DNA of 63,319 nucleotides, filler included, from Octopus bimaculoides (lineage: Eukaryota), in assembly GCF_001194135.2 (NCBI RefSeq). It is 6 parts of 4 records of this genome, joined end to end, with 100 filler letters (N's around TTAATTAATTAA, not from the genome) between each part and the next. Parts side by side here need not be neighbours in the genome. Positions count along the whole stretch, not along the records: positions 21,596 to 37,866 come from NC_068993.1; positions 37,967 to 49,503 come from NC_068982.1; 4 more parts are not named here. One strand, 5' to 3'. Made by a program: the position numbers and the translations under genes. The notes beneath the pieces were generated by a model. The model made no database searches. It was not told where the DNA came from and was given only the letters and a program-made list of their open reading frames with translations. Each line of letters begins with the position of its first letter. The first letter of the stretch is position 1. Shown piece by piece: positions 25,425 through 38,373 of this stretch.

Positions 25425-26661
25425 NNNNNNNNNNNNNNNNNNNNNNNNNNNNNNNNNNNNNNNNNNNNNNNNNNNNNNNNNNNNNNNNNNNNNNNNNNNN
25501 NNNNNNNNNNNNNNNNNNNNNNNNNNNNNNNNNNNNNNNNNNNNNNNNNNNNNNNNNNNNNNNNNNNNNNNNNNNNNNNNNNNNNNNNNNNNNNNNNNNN
25601 NNNNNNNNNNNNNNNNNNNNNNNNNNNNNNNNNNNNNNNNNNNNNNNNNNNNNNNNNNNNNNNNNNNNNNNNNNNNNNNNNNNNNNNNNNNNNNNNNNNN
25701 NNNNNNNNNNNNNNNNNNNNNNNNNNNNNNNNNNNNNNNNNNNNNNNNNNNNNNNNNNNNNNNNNNNNNNNNNNNNNNNNNNNNNNNNNNNNNNNNNNNN
25801 NNNNNNNNNNNNNNNNNNNNNNNNNNNNNNNNNNNNNNNNNNNNNNNNNNNNNNNNNNNNNNNNNNNNNNNNNNNNNNNNNNNNNNNNNNNNNNNNNNNN
25901 NNNNNNNNNNNNNNNNNNNNNNNNNNNNNNNNNNNNNNNNNNNNNNNNNNNNNNNNNNNNNNNNNNNNNNNNNNNNNNNNNNNNNNNNNNNNNNNNNNNN
26001 NNNNNNNNNNNNNNNNNNNNNNNNNNNNNNNNNNNNNNNNNNNNNNNNNNNNNNNNNNNNNNNNNNNNNNNNNNNNNNNNNNNNNNNNNNNNNNNNNNNN
26101 NNNNNNNNNNNNNNNNNNNNNNNNNNNNNNNNNNNNNNNNNNNNNNNNNNNNNNNNNNNNNNNNNNNNNNNNNNNNNNNNNNNNNNNNNNNNNNNNNNNN
26201 NNNNNNNNNNNNNNNNNNNNNNNNNNNNNNNNNNNNNNNNNNNNNNNNNNNNNNNNNNNNNNNNNNNNNNNNNNNNNNNNNNNNNNNNNNNNNNNNNNNN
26301 NNNNNNNNNNNNNNNNNNNNNNNNNNNNNNNNNNNNNNNNNNNNNNNNNNNNNNNNNNNNNNNNNNNNNNNNNNNNNNNNNNNNNNNNNNNNNNNNNNNN
26401 NNNNNNNNNNATATATATATATTGCGTGAAATCATTAAGATTGATGAATTTTATCAGTGGCCAGCATATAAAAATAACCTTTTAGGTAAAATTCATATAT
26501 AGAGATATATAATTGTATAGAATACAATTGCAATTAAGGGCACAGAAGGCACTATGCCTATATGCTAGAAAGAAACGCCAAATCCACCCAACTACTATAA
26601 ATTTTCACTTCAATATATACAGGTTAAAAGCTGGAAAAGTGGACCGACAAAATTATTTTTT

Positions 26662-26818
26662 AATAATTCATAGTTGTTCTAGATTGATCAATTTCTGGTT
26701 TAATTTAATAACTCTTCCTTCATCGACCAAAAATCCATAAAATAATTCAGATAACTGATGATGGAAGAATTATAAAACTAATCCTGAAATTGATCAATCT
26801 AGAACTATCTGAATTATT
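26662..26818. mobile_element. Foldback MITE-like inverted repeat (arms about 60 bp)
   Basis: AATAATTCA..TTCTAGATTGATCAATTTC.. matches its reverse complement at 26757-26818. Confidence 0.85.
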
Positions 26819-26989
26819 TTATGAACTTCAGGTCAATCCACATTCCCCGTTCTCAACCTGTGTATATTGAAGTAAAAATTGATAGTGGTTGGACGTATTT
26901 GGCGTCTCTTTCTAGCATATAGGCATGGTGGTTCCTGAGCCCTTAATTGTAATTGTATTCTATACAATTATTTCTCTCCCTATATACAT

Positions 26990-27390
26990 CAGGCGCAGGA
27001 GTGGCTGTATGGTAAGTGGTTTACCAACCAACCACATGGATCCGGTTTCAGTCCCACTGCGTGGTAACTTGGGCAAACGTCATCTCCTATAACCTCGGGT
27101 TGACCAAAGCCTTGTGAGTGGATATCGTAGACAGAAACTGAAAGAAGCCCGTCGTATATATATATATGTGTGTGTGTGTGCGTATATATGTTTCTGTGTC
27201 TGTGTTTGTCCCCCCACCATCGGTAGACAACTGATGTTGGTGCGTTTACGTCCCATAATTTTTTTGTTCGGCAAAGAGATCGATAGAATAAGTACTATGC
27301 TGACAAAGAATAAGTCCTGGGGTCGATTTGTCGACTAGAGGCGGTGCTCCAGCATAGCTGCAGTCAATTGACTGAAATAAATAAAATAAC
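26990..27390 (+). mobile_element. SINE family A, full length
   Basis: Colinear with the family A consensus. Confidence 0.9.
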
Positions 27391-27420
27391 TAAAGAAAGA
27401 ATATGTATATATATATACAC

Positions 27421-27569
27421 ACAATTGCAGCGTGGAAGTAGTTTATAAGCCATTTAAAAACACACAAAAACCGTTAGATTCACTTCAACATAAATGTTGA
27501 AGTGAATCTAACAGGGTTTTTTTTTTACGTTTTTAGATGGTTTATAAACACCTTCCACGCTGCAATTGT
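27421..27569. mobile_element. Palindromic MITE-like hairpin (arms about 72 bp)
   Basis: ACAATTGCAGCGTGGAAG...CTTCAACAT AA ATGTTGAAG...CTTCCACGCTGCAATTGT. Confidence 0.9.
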
Positions 27570-27627
27570 TCTTGTTTCAGCACACGATCTCAGATCAGGT
27601 CACATGCTATGCAGGTACATCTCCATA

Positions 27628-27685
<58 letters not shown>

Positions 27686-27689
<4 letters not shown>

Positions 27690-28051
27690 GAAGAAAAGAA
27701 AATGGAGACAGCAAAATGGTCACCGTCACTTACAGCCGGTTCAATTAATACTTAATAAACTTTAAATTGACATGTGCACAATATCATCAAAAGAAAAATG
27801 ATGTACGTTTAGATGTTATATGTGTGCTAATGTATTCATTTTAGCACACAAATAACATTCTGCTAAAATGAATTTATTAGCACACATATAACATCCAAAT
27901 GTACATCTTTTTTCCTCTGATGATATTGTGCACATGTCAATTTAAGGTTTATTGAGTATTAATTGAAACGGCTGTAGGTGAAGATGACCAATTTGCTGCT
28001 AACAATGAACAATTATTAACTTCCTAATCTCCATTTTCTTTTCTTCTTTTA
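27686..28051. mobile_element. Long foldback element (arms about 165-190 bp, short loop)
   Basis: Left arm ..AAATTGACATGTGCACAATATCATC..TTTTAGCA matches the reverse complement of the right arm; TA at both ends. Confidence 0.9.
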
Positions 28052-28198
28052 AATGGATATAAACCATATGCTTTTATAAATACCTATCATTTTAAGTAAT
28101 AGTTCATTCCCAAAAAATATTTCCTTGGTTGAAACCATCCTTTCCTGAGGTTAACACATTCTCTAACTGTGTATATATATATATATATNNNNNNNNNN

Positions 28199-29163
28199 AC
28201 AAAAGTCTTCGGACACCTTAAACTATCGTACACTTCTACTAATTGCTAACTTACAAGTGAATATTTCGCATTGCATTTATTACAGACGAATCATTGGCCC
28301 TTTTGGGGTCATTTCCATACCTAATCATTATATCTTGTAGTATGGGTTCTGTATGAGAGGGGACGATGTGAGACGACTACCAAAAATGGCCGTGCAAAAG
28401 TTTTCCGCCACTTGACATAAATCAATCAAGATACCATGTTTTAAAACAGTTTTCCTCTTCTAACGCGCGACATTTCGCTTTCTAATAAGTGAGAATTTGT
28501 CAGAAGACCTCCAGGAAAGCGAAATGATACACGTTACACGACGAAGACAGTGGAGCTTGAGGGTAAGTGTCTGATGCTTTGGGGATACATAAAAAGTGAT
28601 AGTCGAAGAAAGTTTGTTAAAATTGACAGTATCTTGGATAGTTCCAAATACATCCAGTTGTTGCTGAAGAACAATTTGATACCAGACTTGGATGAAGGTG
28701 TGATTTTGCAGCATAACGAATCTATGCCACAGATCGCGTGCAACGCAACAGAATCTGACTGATGAAGATGTTAACGTAATGAAAGATTGGCCAGCTCAGA
28801 GCCCCGACTTAAATATCATGAAGCAAATCTGAACAGAAATAAAAAGATGAGTTTGTCAAAAGAATCCATGCAAACTTGAAGAGCTGTGTGAGCTCAGCCA
28901 CATAGAATGGCATCTCGTACTTTTAAAGATGGTGAAAGATTTGTATGCATCTTTTGAGTTTAGCCTTCTTCATAGTCTTCCTAGACCTGTGGACTAACTC
29001 CCCATATGACGTAAACTCTACAAACATTCCCCTTTGAAATATTTTTGTGTTGAACCCCGTGTTTATTTTGTTTACTTTATCACCATTCCCTCCTGGAATT
29101 ACAACATTTCGGTCGTTATGTGTGGTGCTCGTTGGATTTAACGTCCGGATGTCCAGCCACATT
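28199..29163 (+). mobile_element. Deleted, decayed Tc1-like element (DD34E remnant)
   Basis: MLWGYI..., KYIQLL..NLIPDL, DWPAQSPDLNI; partial terminal similarity (ACAAAAGTCTTCGGACAC versus GTCCG..TGTCCAGCCAC). Confidence 0.75.
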
Positions 29164-30108
29164 GCAATTAATGAAATAACGACATCAATTTTATCGACTG
29201 TTTCTTTGTGACTAAGGTCAGCCTACAACATATAGGTTCGGGATGCCTACACTACTTTCAGGCCGGTTGCAATGTTTTACTCCAGATTCTAACAATATGT
29301 CAGACGCGTCTGCAACTATCTTGTGAGTATGTTTACGTGTATGTGTGGGTGAGAGAGAGAGAGACAGAATGTGTGTGTGTGTTTGTGTATGTGTGTTTGT
29401 GTATGTGTGTATGTTTGTGTGTGTGTGTGTGTGTATGTTTGTGTGTGTGTGTATGTGTGTGTGTGGGTGGGTGTGATGAGCGTGTGTGTGCGTGCGCGTA
29501 TTTCTGTGTGCTTGTGCGTGTGTAACCAAATGCACCCCAACACATACACAGAAATACACACACACACATGCAATCACACAAGCTCACATAATGACATACA
29601 AACAAATTTTATACACACATATAGTTCAATGAGTACTTTAAGTCTAACCCCATACGGGTTCTTCCGATATTATTCACGATTCTTTGCCTGTCCTTCCGTC
29701 TCTCGAATTGGTATCTATTTCGTTCCTGAATACATTTTCTCTTCATATCCTGGTACAGCATTACGAGACCAGGTTTTTCATCTCCCTTTGTGAACTTTCA
29801 TTGATCTTTGTTTCTTCATTTTCCCTACTTCCTACTTTTTTCACTTTATATGTTTTGGCAGTTAAGTCATATATCGCTTCCTGTCAAGAAACAACATTCC
29901 AATGTCTTGCAATGTCGTGTAAGTAGCTTCTTCGGCTTTACTTCCGTAGGTCTCTTCAATTTATACACCGCTTTAAATGAAATTTTCCCATCTTCTTCAA
30001 CTATTCCTTTCAGTAGCAGCACACCATCGAACCTTTCGTTTCTTGCAAGCTCTGTCTAACGTCAGTTTTAATTCTGTAGTTACATGTTAAGGAGCCTTAG
30101 AAGCATGC

Positions 30109-30186
30109 CAGTGGTTCCCAAACTGGGGTCCGCGGACTCCTGGTGGTCCGCAAGGGTAGGACTGGGGGTAGTGAACTAAATTCAAA

Positions 30187-30226
<40 letters not shown>

Positions 30227-30250
30227 CATATAATGGTAAGCAATATTCTG
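30109..30250 (+). mobile_element. hAT MITE left end
   Basis: CAGTGGTTCCCAAACTGGGGTCCGCGG terminal motif. Confidence 0.6.
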
Positions 30251-30599
30251 AAGCCGTGAGAAAAGTCATTAATCCCTAACATACTCCTCCCGTGGTTGTT
30301 ATGTATTTTCACAGATATCACAGTGAGTTACAAAAGCAATGATTGTGAGCCCACTGCCAACTGATTTCTTTCGGCAGCAGTCATCACTTTTTTAATATGT
30401 CGGCCTGTTTTTCTAGGATGTTACTGCTTCCTAGTAAATCTCATAATTTCCAAATAGCTTTTACATGCACGTGTCAAAACTTAAAACCTACGCATACTGG
30501 ACACCTGCATCCTGATATATGAGAAGTACCAACGCACGAAACTCTCGGACCTTGAGTCACTCTCTTACTTCTGCTAAATATTAATATAAATTAAATGCT

Positions 30600-30833
30600 C
30601 CTTTTTAAGGCCCAACCAGGGTCACGGTCCCGGTTTCAATGGCGTATGTGTTCCCCAGCTGGACGGGACGCCAGTCCAGAGAAGCGTTACTCATTTTTGC
30701 CAGCTGAGTGAACTGGAGCAACGTGAAATTAAATATTTTGCTCAAGAACACAACACGTCGCCCGGTATAGGAATTGAAACTACAAGCTTACGATCATGAT
30801 GCTGACACCCTAACCACTAAGCCACGCGCCTCC
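30600..30833 (-). mobile_element. SINE family C with a V-SINE-like tail
   Basis: Minus strand: tRNA head, TTGAGCAAAA..TTGCTCCAGT..CTCAGCTG, then TGGACTGGCGTCCCGTCCAG. Confidence 0.75.
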
Positions 30834-31114
30834 ACTCTGCTAAATATTAATAAACATTTATATGTGCGTGTACTAGTGGGTGTTTGCGTGTATAAATTCA
30901 ATAATACTAATAAAACCTTTTGTTTTTGTACGTACTTGTAGTGTGTGTCAAACTTCAAAGGAAGATGTAAAAAGGCTGAAGGGGGTGGTACAAGGAAAAG
31001 ATATTAAGCAGTGGAGGTATAGTTAAAATGAGTGAGAAAGCGGGAGAGAGGGAGGACAGAAGCAGAGGAAGTATAGTTGAAGTGAGAGGCAAAGCGGTAA
31101 AGGGGAGGAAGTAA

Positions 31115-31169
<55 letters not shown>

Positions 31170-31809
31170 TTGATAGCACTGAAAGGTGAGAGAAATATAA
31201 CGCGTTAAACGCAGGAGGACAGTTAGAGGCAAGGATATATAGAGGAGGGAGTGGGGAGAGAGGGGGAAAGAGAGAGATTTAGAGAGATAGATTGAGTGAA
31301 GGAAGGGAGTGGATAGAGAATAATAGCGAAAGACAATGAACCATTCTCGTACAGAAAATGCTGGAAAACTTCCATATGATATGGAAATTGCAAAAAGAAA
31401 TGTTGCCTATTTATCTGTCTGACAGTTATTCTGTCTGTCTCCCTTCCTCTCTCTCTCTGTAACACACTCTCCCTGTCTGTTTCTCTCTCTCTCTCTATCT
31501 CTCATAGCAAATAGCTGTTAATATTACTCTTATTTTTCTACAGTTGAAGGGAGAGGTAAAATGTTTATCAGTATTTTCAGAGTAGACTGATGCATACGTC
31601 GAAAGAAAAGTAGATACATAAATTGAAAGTAAAGTAGATGCATAGATACATACACACATTGTTAAATTAAAAGCGGGTGAGGAGAGGAACACAGAGGAAA
31701 TGAGAGAGAAAGAGAGAAAGTGAGAAAGACAGTAGATACATAGATACATAGCCACATAACTACAGCAAATATTGGATGTCACTTTCACTCTTCAATACCA
31801 CACGAGGAT

Positions 31810-32600
31810 AAAATTAACTCGTAAGTGGCTGAGTACTCCACAGAGATGCATACCATTAACGTAGTTCTCAGGGAGATTCAGCCTCACACAGAATATGACA
31901 AGGCTGGCCCCTTTCAATTACAGCTACAACTCATTTTGGCCAGCTGAGTGACCTGGAGCAAGATAAACCTTCAAGTGGTTGGAAGAAAACGTAAAAAGAT
32001 CCTGTATAGGGGCAGGAAAATATTTTTAGTCGGAGGGTCTCTATGGATGTTAATCCGGTCCTAACAATGGCATTTGTGGGTTTCACAGATCTGTAGGCCA
32101 GGTCCCCAGATAAACACCGATGTGCAGGTTGTTCTTATCAAACTGAGCGTGAGTCCAGGGCGAAGTCACTACAGGTCGGAATAGTAACTATTTCGTATTA
32201 GCTTTCACTGCTTATACTAAACACATGACATTTTTGTCTTGCGATATGGAACATTTCCTTTTCTTTAACTCCTTTCAAAAAATGGCCCTCCGTCGGTTAA
32301 GACGACGTGCTTCCTGTTTATCTAATCAACGGAACAGTCTGCTCGTAAAATCAACCCGCAAGTGGCTGAGTACTCCACAGACATGCATACCATAACGTAG
32401 TTCTCAGGGAGATTCAGCCTCACAGAGAATGTGACAAAGGTGGCCTTTTTGAATTACTGCTACAACTCATTTTTGCCAGCTGAGTGGACTGCAGCAAGGT
32501 GAAGTACAGCTCAAGAAGACAGCGCGCCGCCTGGAATCGTACTCATGACCTTACGATCGTGGGCTGAATACCCCTAATCATTGAGCCATGCACCTTCACT
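31810..32600 (-). mobile_element. Two SINE family C copies (about 31810-31960 partial; about 32290-32600) carrying the family B tail
   Basis: Shared GGAGATTCAGC..ACAGA..GACAAGG..CATTTTTGCCAGCTGAGTG segment. Confidence 0.7.
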
Positions 32601-33949
32601 CTGAATGAAGCGATAGAGACAGAGAAAGGAAAGGCTTAGTGATTTAAAATGACAACTTTGATCGATCTTTTCTAGCTTCTTTGCATTTAACAATGAAGAA
32701 GAGGGAAAGACATTTAGTAATGAATCGAGAGAAAGTCTTTCAGGTGTTTACGTTTTCATTCTGGGTGTTCTAAAACGATCGACTGTTAGTTCTCTCTCTT
32801 CTTTTCCACACACCCCGGTACTTATTCGCCTTCTTTCATTGTTCTTCATGTATTTTAGTTGGTGGGGAGAAAGACTATGTTTTTTTTTTTAAGGCACGTT
32901 TAACGTTTCCTCTACGAACTACAAATCAGACCTCTCCCTTCCGTTTTTTCATAGAAAAATAATGCAAATTTCGAACGGGGTATATCTGTAAAAAGAGCCC
33001 AGAAAAATGGATAATACCCCTACAAAGTGGGTGGGGGAGAAAAGTTACGAACAGGTGGCTACAAGAAATTCAACTCTATACTTTAAAGAGTGTCTTTACT
33101 GTAGCCTTCTGAGTGGATTTCATAGACGGAAACCGAAAGAAGCCCATCACATATATGTGTATNNNNNNNNNNNNNNNNNNNNNNNNNNNNNNNNNNNNNN
33201 NNNNNNNNNNNNNNNNNNNNNNNNNNNNNNNNNNNNNNNNNNNNNNNNNNNNNNNNNNNNNNNNNNNNNNNNNNNNNNNNNNNNNNNNNNNNNNNNNNNN
33301 NNNNNNNNNNNNNNNNNNNNNNNNNNNNNNNNNNNNNNNNNNNNNNNNNNNNNNNNNNNNNNNNNNNNNNNNNNNNNNNNNNNNNNNNNNNNNNNNNNNN
33401 NNNNNNNNNNNNNNNNNNNNNNNNNNNNNNNNNNNNNNNNNNNNNNNNNNNNNNNNNNNNNNNNNNNNNNNNNNNNNNNNNNNNNNNNNNNNNNNNNNNN
33501 NNNNNNNNNNNNNNNNNNNNNNNNNNNNNNNNNNNNNNNNNNNNNNNNNNNNNNNNNNNNNNNNNNNNNNNNNNNNNNNNNNNNNNNNNNNNNNNNNNNN
33601 NNNNNNNNNNNNNNNNNNNNNNNNNNNNNNNNNNNNNNNNNNNNNNNNNNNNNNNNNNNNNNNNNNNNNNNNNNNNNNNNNNNNNNNNNNNNNNNNNNNN
33701 NNNNNNNNNNNNNNNNNNNNNNNNNNNNNNNNNNNNNNNNNNNNNGAAACTTGCGAAGAGGAAACGTCCAGTCTTTCCTTTTCTTCAAGAAAAAGGAATT
33801 CTTCACCAAGAAACACAATGCAACAACGGTCATTTTATGAATTTCTCAGTTAGAAGTTAAAATAGATGGTGGTGTAGAATTCGTGGACGCAGACTAGAAA
33901 AAGGACTAAGAGCAGATTAAGGACTAAGAACGTTTATCTTTTCGTAAAC

Positions 33950-34570
33950 CAGTACTTTTCATATATTGCTGGGCATCCATGACATGACTCAAATTTTCTG
34001 AACGTGAGCTTGAAATGAAAGCGAATTGCGTTGTTGACAGGAATAATTATTTGAGAGAAGCTTGTGCTGCACAGATTTTGGGTAACCCAAGAGTGGTTGG
34101 AGGACCCAACATGACTGCCGAAGTTGACGCAGTTTGTTCACTAAAAGAAACAAAAATTGTGCCGGATGCCAACTACCTCAACAATGGGTTTGGGAAGGTA
34201 TTTGTAGAGAAACAAAAGAGTGACAGGCCTGCGATAGCACTTCATACAATAATAGAAAATAATATAAGACCGGGTACTACCTTCATAAGTGACGAATGGT
34301 CAGCATATGAAAATATAATTAATATTGGTTATTTTCAACATCTCACTGTGAAGCATTGTCAATCCTACTAATAGAGCTCACACACAAAATATTGAAATAC
34401 TTTGGTAGAGTGCTAAAGAAAAAAAAAATAAAAGCCAGAATGGCACTCACAGATGTCTACTGGACTCATGTATGTACGAGTTTATGTGGCGACATGAGAT
34501 TGGATTAAAGGGGTTAGATCCTTTTGATTCAGTACTTCAACACATTGTTGACATTTGGCCTCCTCAATAG
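33950..34570 (+). mobile_element. Merlin (IS1016/ISXO2-like) transposase remnant
   Basis: GGPNMTAEVD, NIRPGTTFISDEWSAY, QHLTVKH, AHTQNIE.LW, YEFMWR motifs, broken by stops and frameshifts. Confidence 0.8.
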
Positions 34571-36189
34571 CCATTCAATAAAATGTTTTTCTTTTCATAC
34601 AACGGGGGCAAATAACCCAATTTTTAATGGGAGCCAGATAACCAAAATGTACTGGTTCTTTAAATATGTAGGATGTATTTTAAGGCTAAATAGTATTCAT
34701 GTTTACGTTTGTGTAACTGAGATGTTTTGGTTGGATTAATATAGTTATCGGTTTTACACTTCTTTCTATATTTTGTAAGTGTAACAATGCGAAAACATTT
34801 CTCATGGCACCAGCATACAATTTATGGATGCTTACATTTTATATTTCGTATGTGTATTTGGTGTGCAAGATTCTTGATGTGAATACGTGTGTTGAAAGAA
34901 ATACTATTAAACCTTGGGAAAATACTATTAAACCAGTGCGTGTGTTTATTACCGGCATAATGCCTCTCCCAAGGTTTAATAGTACATTTTTTATGTTTTC
35001 CGTGAAGTTTTCACGGGCCCATCTAGTATAATATAATATATATCTATGTGCCTATATGTATATATCATATATCATATATAGAATAGAACATGTAATATAA
35101 TGTTATCAATTTCTGCCACAAAGCCAGTAATTTTAGGAGCATGGGCTTAATCGATTAAATAAATCCTAGTTCTTAACTGATACTTTATTCATTGAATCTA
35201 AAGGGAGGAAAGGCAAAGATGACCTCAGCAGGATGTGAACTCAGAATGTAAAGATCCAGAAGAAAACTCACAAAGCATCGTCATTCAATATGTAAACGTG
35301 TGTATATTTACTTTAGTTTTTGCCGATGTACAAATCTGTTATATTCATGTGTTGTATATATTCCTCGCGGTGCCAAAATTTCCGTTCCACTGAACATCGT
35401 CTGACTACCATTGCAACTTTCAGTGTAATTGTATCAGTCAATAGTTCGTAAAAGAGAAACGAAAATTTTGACACCTCAATAAGTAGTAGGACATTTAATC
35501 TAGCAGTTTTTGTGCGTTGTTAAATGTTTTACAGGATATTTCCATAATTTCATGTTCTTTTGTTTTTTTTTNNNNNNNNNNNNNNNNNNNNNNNNNNNNN
35601 NNNNNNNNNNNNNNNNNNNNNNNNNNNNNNNNNNNNNNNNNNNNNNNNNNNNNNNNNNNNNNNNNNNNNNNNNNNNNNNNNNNNNNNNNNNNNNNNNNNN
35701 NNNNNNNNNNNNNNNNNNNNNNNNNNNNNNNNNNNNNNNNNNNNNNNNNNNNNNNNNNNNNNNNNNNNNNNNNNNNNNNNNNNNNNNNNNNNNNNNNNNN
35801 NNNNNNNNNNNNNNNNNNNNNNNNNNNNNNNNNNNNNNNNNNNNNNNNNNNNNNNNNNNNNNNNNNNNNNNNNNNNNNNNNNNNNNNNNNNNNNNNNNNN
35901 NNNNNNNNNNNNNNNNNNNNNNNNNNNNNNNNNNNNNNNNNNNNNNNNNNNNNNNNNNNNNNNNNNNNNNNNNNNNNNNNNNNNNNNNNNNNNNNNNNNN
36001 NNNNNNNNNNNNNNNNNNNNNNNNNNNNNNNNNNNNNNNATATATATATATATATATATATAAACACATTAAATTTTAAAATAGCTTCAGCTCGAAAGTT
36101 GCAGTCATGCCGGGCACAAGTTAGCTTTCCAAAACTTGTTTTGTTTGAAACTTCCGCTGATGTGCGGCAATTGGTGAAAAAGGGTGTTT

Positions 36190-36540
36190 TATACTACTGA
36201 CCTCATTTGCATTTCCTGCTGTCAGGTAGGCTCATCTGGAACCTTTGTCAGGAGGAGATTCAGTTTTGTTTTGAAAATATCCAATATCCACACCATGCAT
36301 GGTATTTTGGAAGGATCTGTTGCAGCATCTGCTCCTGTATTTTTATTGCGATGTTGGGATTCTTGGCACTAGGCTGTGACACCCCGCTTTGCTGTTTGTG
36401 TAACTTCCAATACCAAAGTATGGTACAAGTTCTTCCATAATCTTTCAAGCGTGCATCTTTTCGGCCTTCGCTCAAGGGAAGAGAGACTTAAGTTTTTCAG
36501 GCTTTTCCAGTAGTTCACACGCTGTATTGAGAAGTTTCTA
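36190..36540 (-). mobile_element. CR1/Crack-like LINE 3' end
   Basis: ..QILPKY..VDIFKTKL.LLLTKVPDEP C-terminal pattern. Confidence 0.6.
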
Positions 36541-36599
36541 TTGTGTAGCTTCGCTGGATTGCTTCGTTTGCCGCCTTTAATTTTGGTATTGTATGGTGA

Positions 36600-36670
<71 letters not shown>

Positions 36671-37338
36671 ACAAAATGGGACAAAAACGCAAAACATTCA
36701 GACAAATAGGTGACACATGAAATCAGCGAATGTATACAAATACAAGGACTTGTTCGACTAAAAAGCGGTGCTCCAGCATAGCTGCAGTGAAATGACTGAA
36801 ACAAATAAAAGAATAAAAGGATAAAAGAATACATGCGGAAACCCATTAATATCCATAAAGTTCACGAAAGAAAGATTGATACAAGCAGATAGGATAAAGA
36901 GGCTTCAGTCCAAATCCTTACAAATCACTATATTCCTTTCTGTGCATTAGCATCAGCTGGAAATTGCTGAGTGTTTCACGTATTATAAACATTGCATTAA
37001 TATGGTCCAACGACAGCTGTGTACCTGAAGGTGTTCAGGTGAGTGGGTTCGAGTGCACTACAATGCACAGCTATTGTTGGATCATATTAATGCAATTTTA
37101 TGTATAACATGGGAACACACATAAATGTCATCTCTATGCATGTATATATATGTATGTGTGTGTATATATATANNNNNNNNNNGCGTTTCGAAGAGTTGGG
37201 CAGGACGCATCGTTAAAACGGCTCTTCCCATATATATATATATACACACATCTATATATGCACATATAGGTACACATATATATAGATATATATGTATGTA
37301 CACATATGTGCATGTGCGTGTGTGTGTTAGTGTGTGTA

Positions 37339-37370
<32 letters not shown>

Positions 37371-37529
37371 TGTGTGAATATGCATTAGCTGATACAAACG
37401 TGAGAAGAATTTGAAATGAAAATGTGGAGTTCACATACTTACAAATGAGAAATAATGTACCGTGGATATCAAATACTAAATGGCTAGCTTCTATGTCAAG
37501 CATGAATGACAGAATCGAGAAAAACTAAG

Positions 37530-37687
37530 GGACAGTGAAATTATTTACATTATTTACAATTGACAGATATTTGTCCTCATCTTGTTTGTTATTAACAGAA
37601 TGTTTCGGCTGATATACCCTCCAGCCTTCATCAGGTGTCTTGAGGAAATTTCGAACATGGGATCTCATTCCTAAGGTATTTTTTATA

Positions 37688-37761
<74 letters not shown>

Positions 37762-37866
37762 TAGTTTTATTTTTATAACGTACTTTCACTTCACTACCGA
37801 GCGCAGCTCTGTGCGCCTTGGGTATGTGCTGTGGTTTGCTGTGGTGCTCTTATGTTTACTGTATTG
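37530..37866 (-). mobile_element. SINE-like element with a hammerhead-like 3' module (head lost in gap)
   Basis: Colinear with 48491-48865: internal module between (AAT)n runs, then CTGATGA..GAAAC, then an ATGTAAATAAT tail. Confidence 0.8.
37594..37639 (-). ncRNA. Minimal type I hammerhead ribozyme-like motif (decayed copy)
   Basis: Minus strand: GACAC-CUGAUGA-A-GGCUG(10-nt loop)CAGCC-GAAAC-AUU-CUGUU. Core boxes and stem II are intact; stem III/I carry two mismatches. Confidence 0.65.
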
Positions 37867-38045
37867 NNNNNNNNNNNNNNNNNNNNNNNNNNNNNNNNNN
37901 NNNNNNNNNNTTAATTAATTAANNNNNNNNNNNNNNNNNNNNNNNNNNNNNNNNNNNNNNNNNNNNGAAATGCCGTTAAACGTTTCGTCCAGGGTGATAA
38001 CGATTCTGCCAATGTCACTTCTTATTGCTCTCTGTAGGACTTTGG

Positions 38046-38093
<48 letters not shown>

Positions 38094-38341
38094 GGTTTAC
38101 ACACACATATAGGTTTAGACACAACAAACACACACATATAGGTTTACACACACATATAGGTTTAGACACAACAAACACACACATATAAGTTTACGCACAC
38201 ACACACACACACACACACATGCAACACAGCTATATGTGTGTGTTTGTGTGTTCGTTTGTGTTCGTGTGCTCGTTCGTATTTGTTGCAGTTATGTGTGTGT
38301 GTGTGTGTGTTTGCGCGTTGTGTGTGTGTGTGTTTGCGCGT

Positions 38342-38373
<32 letters not shown>

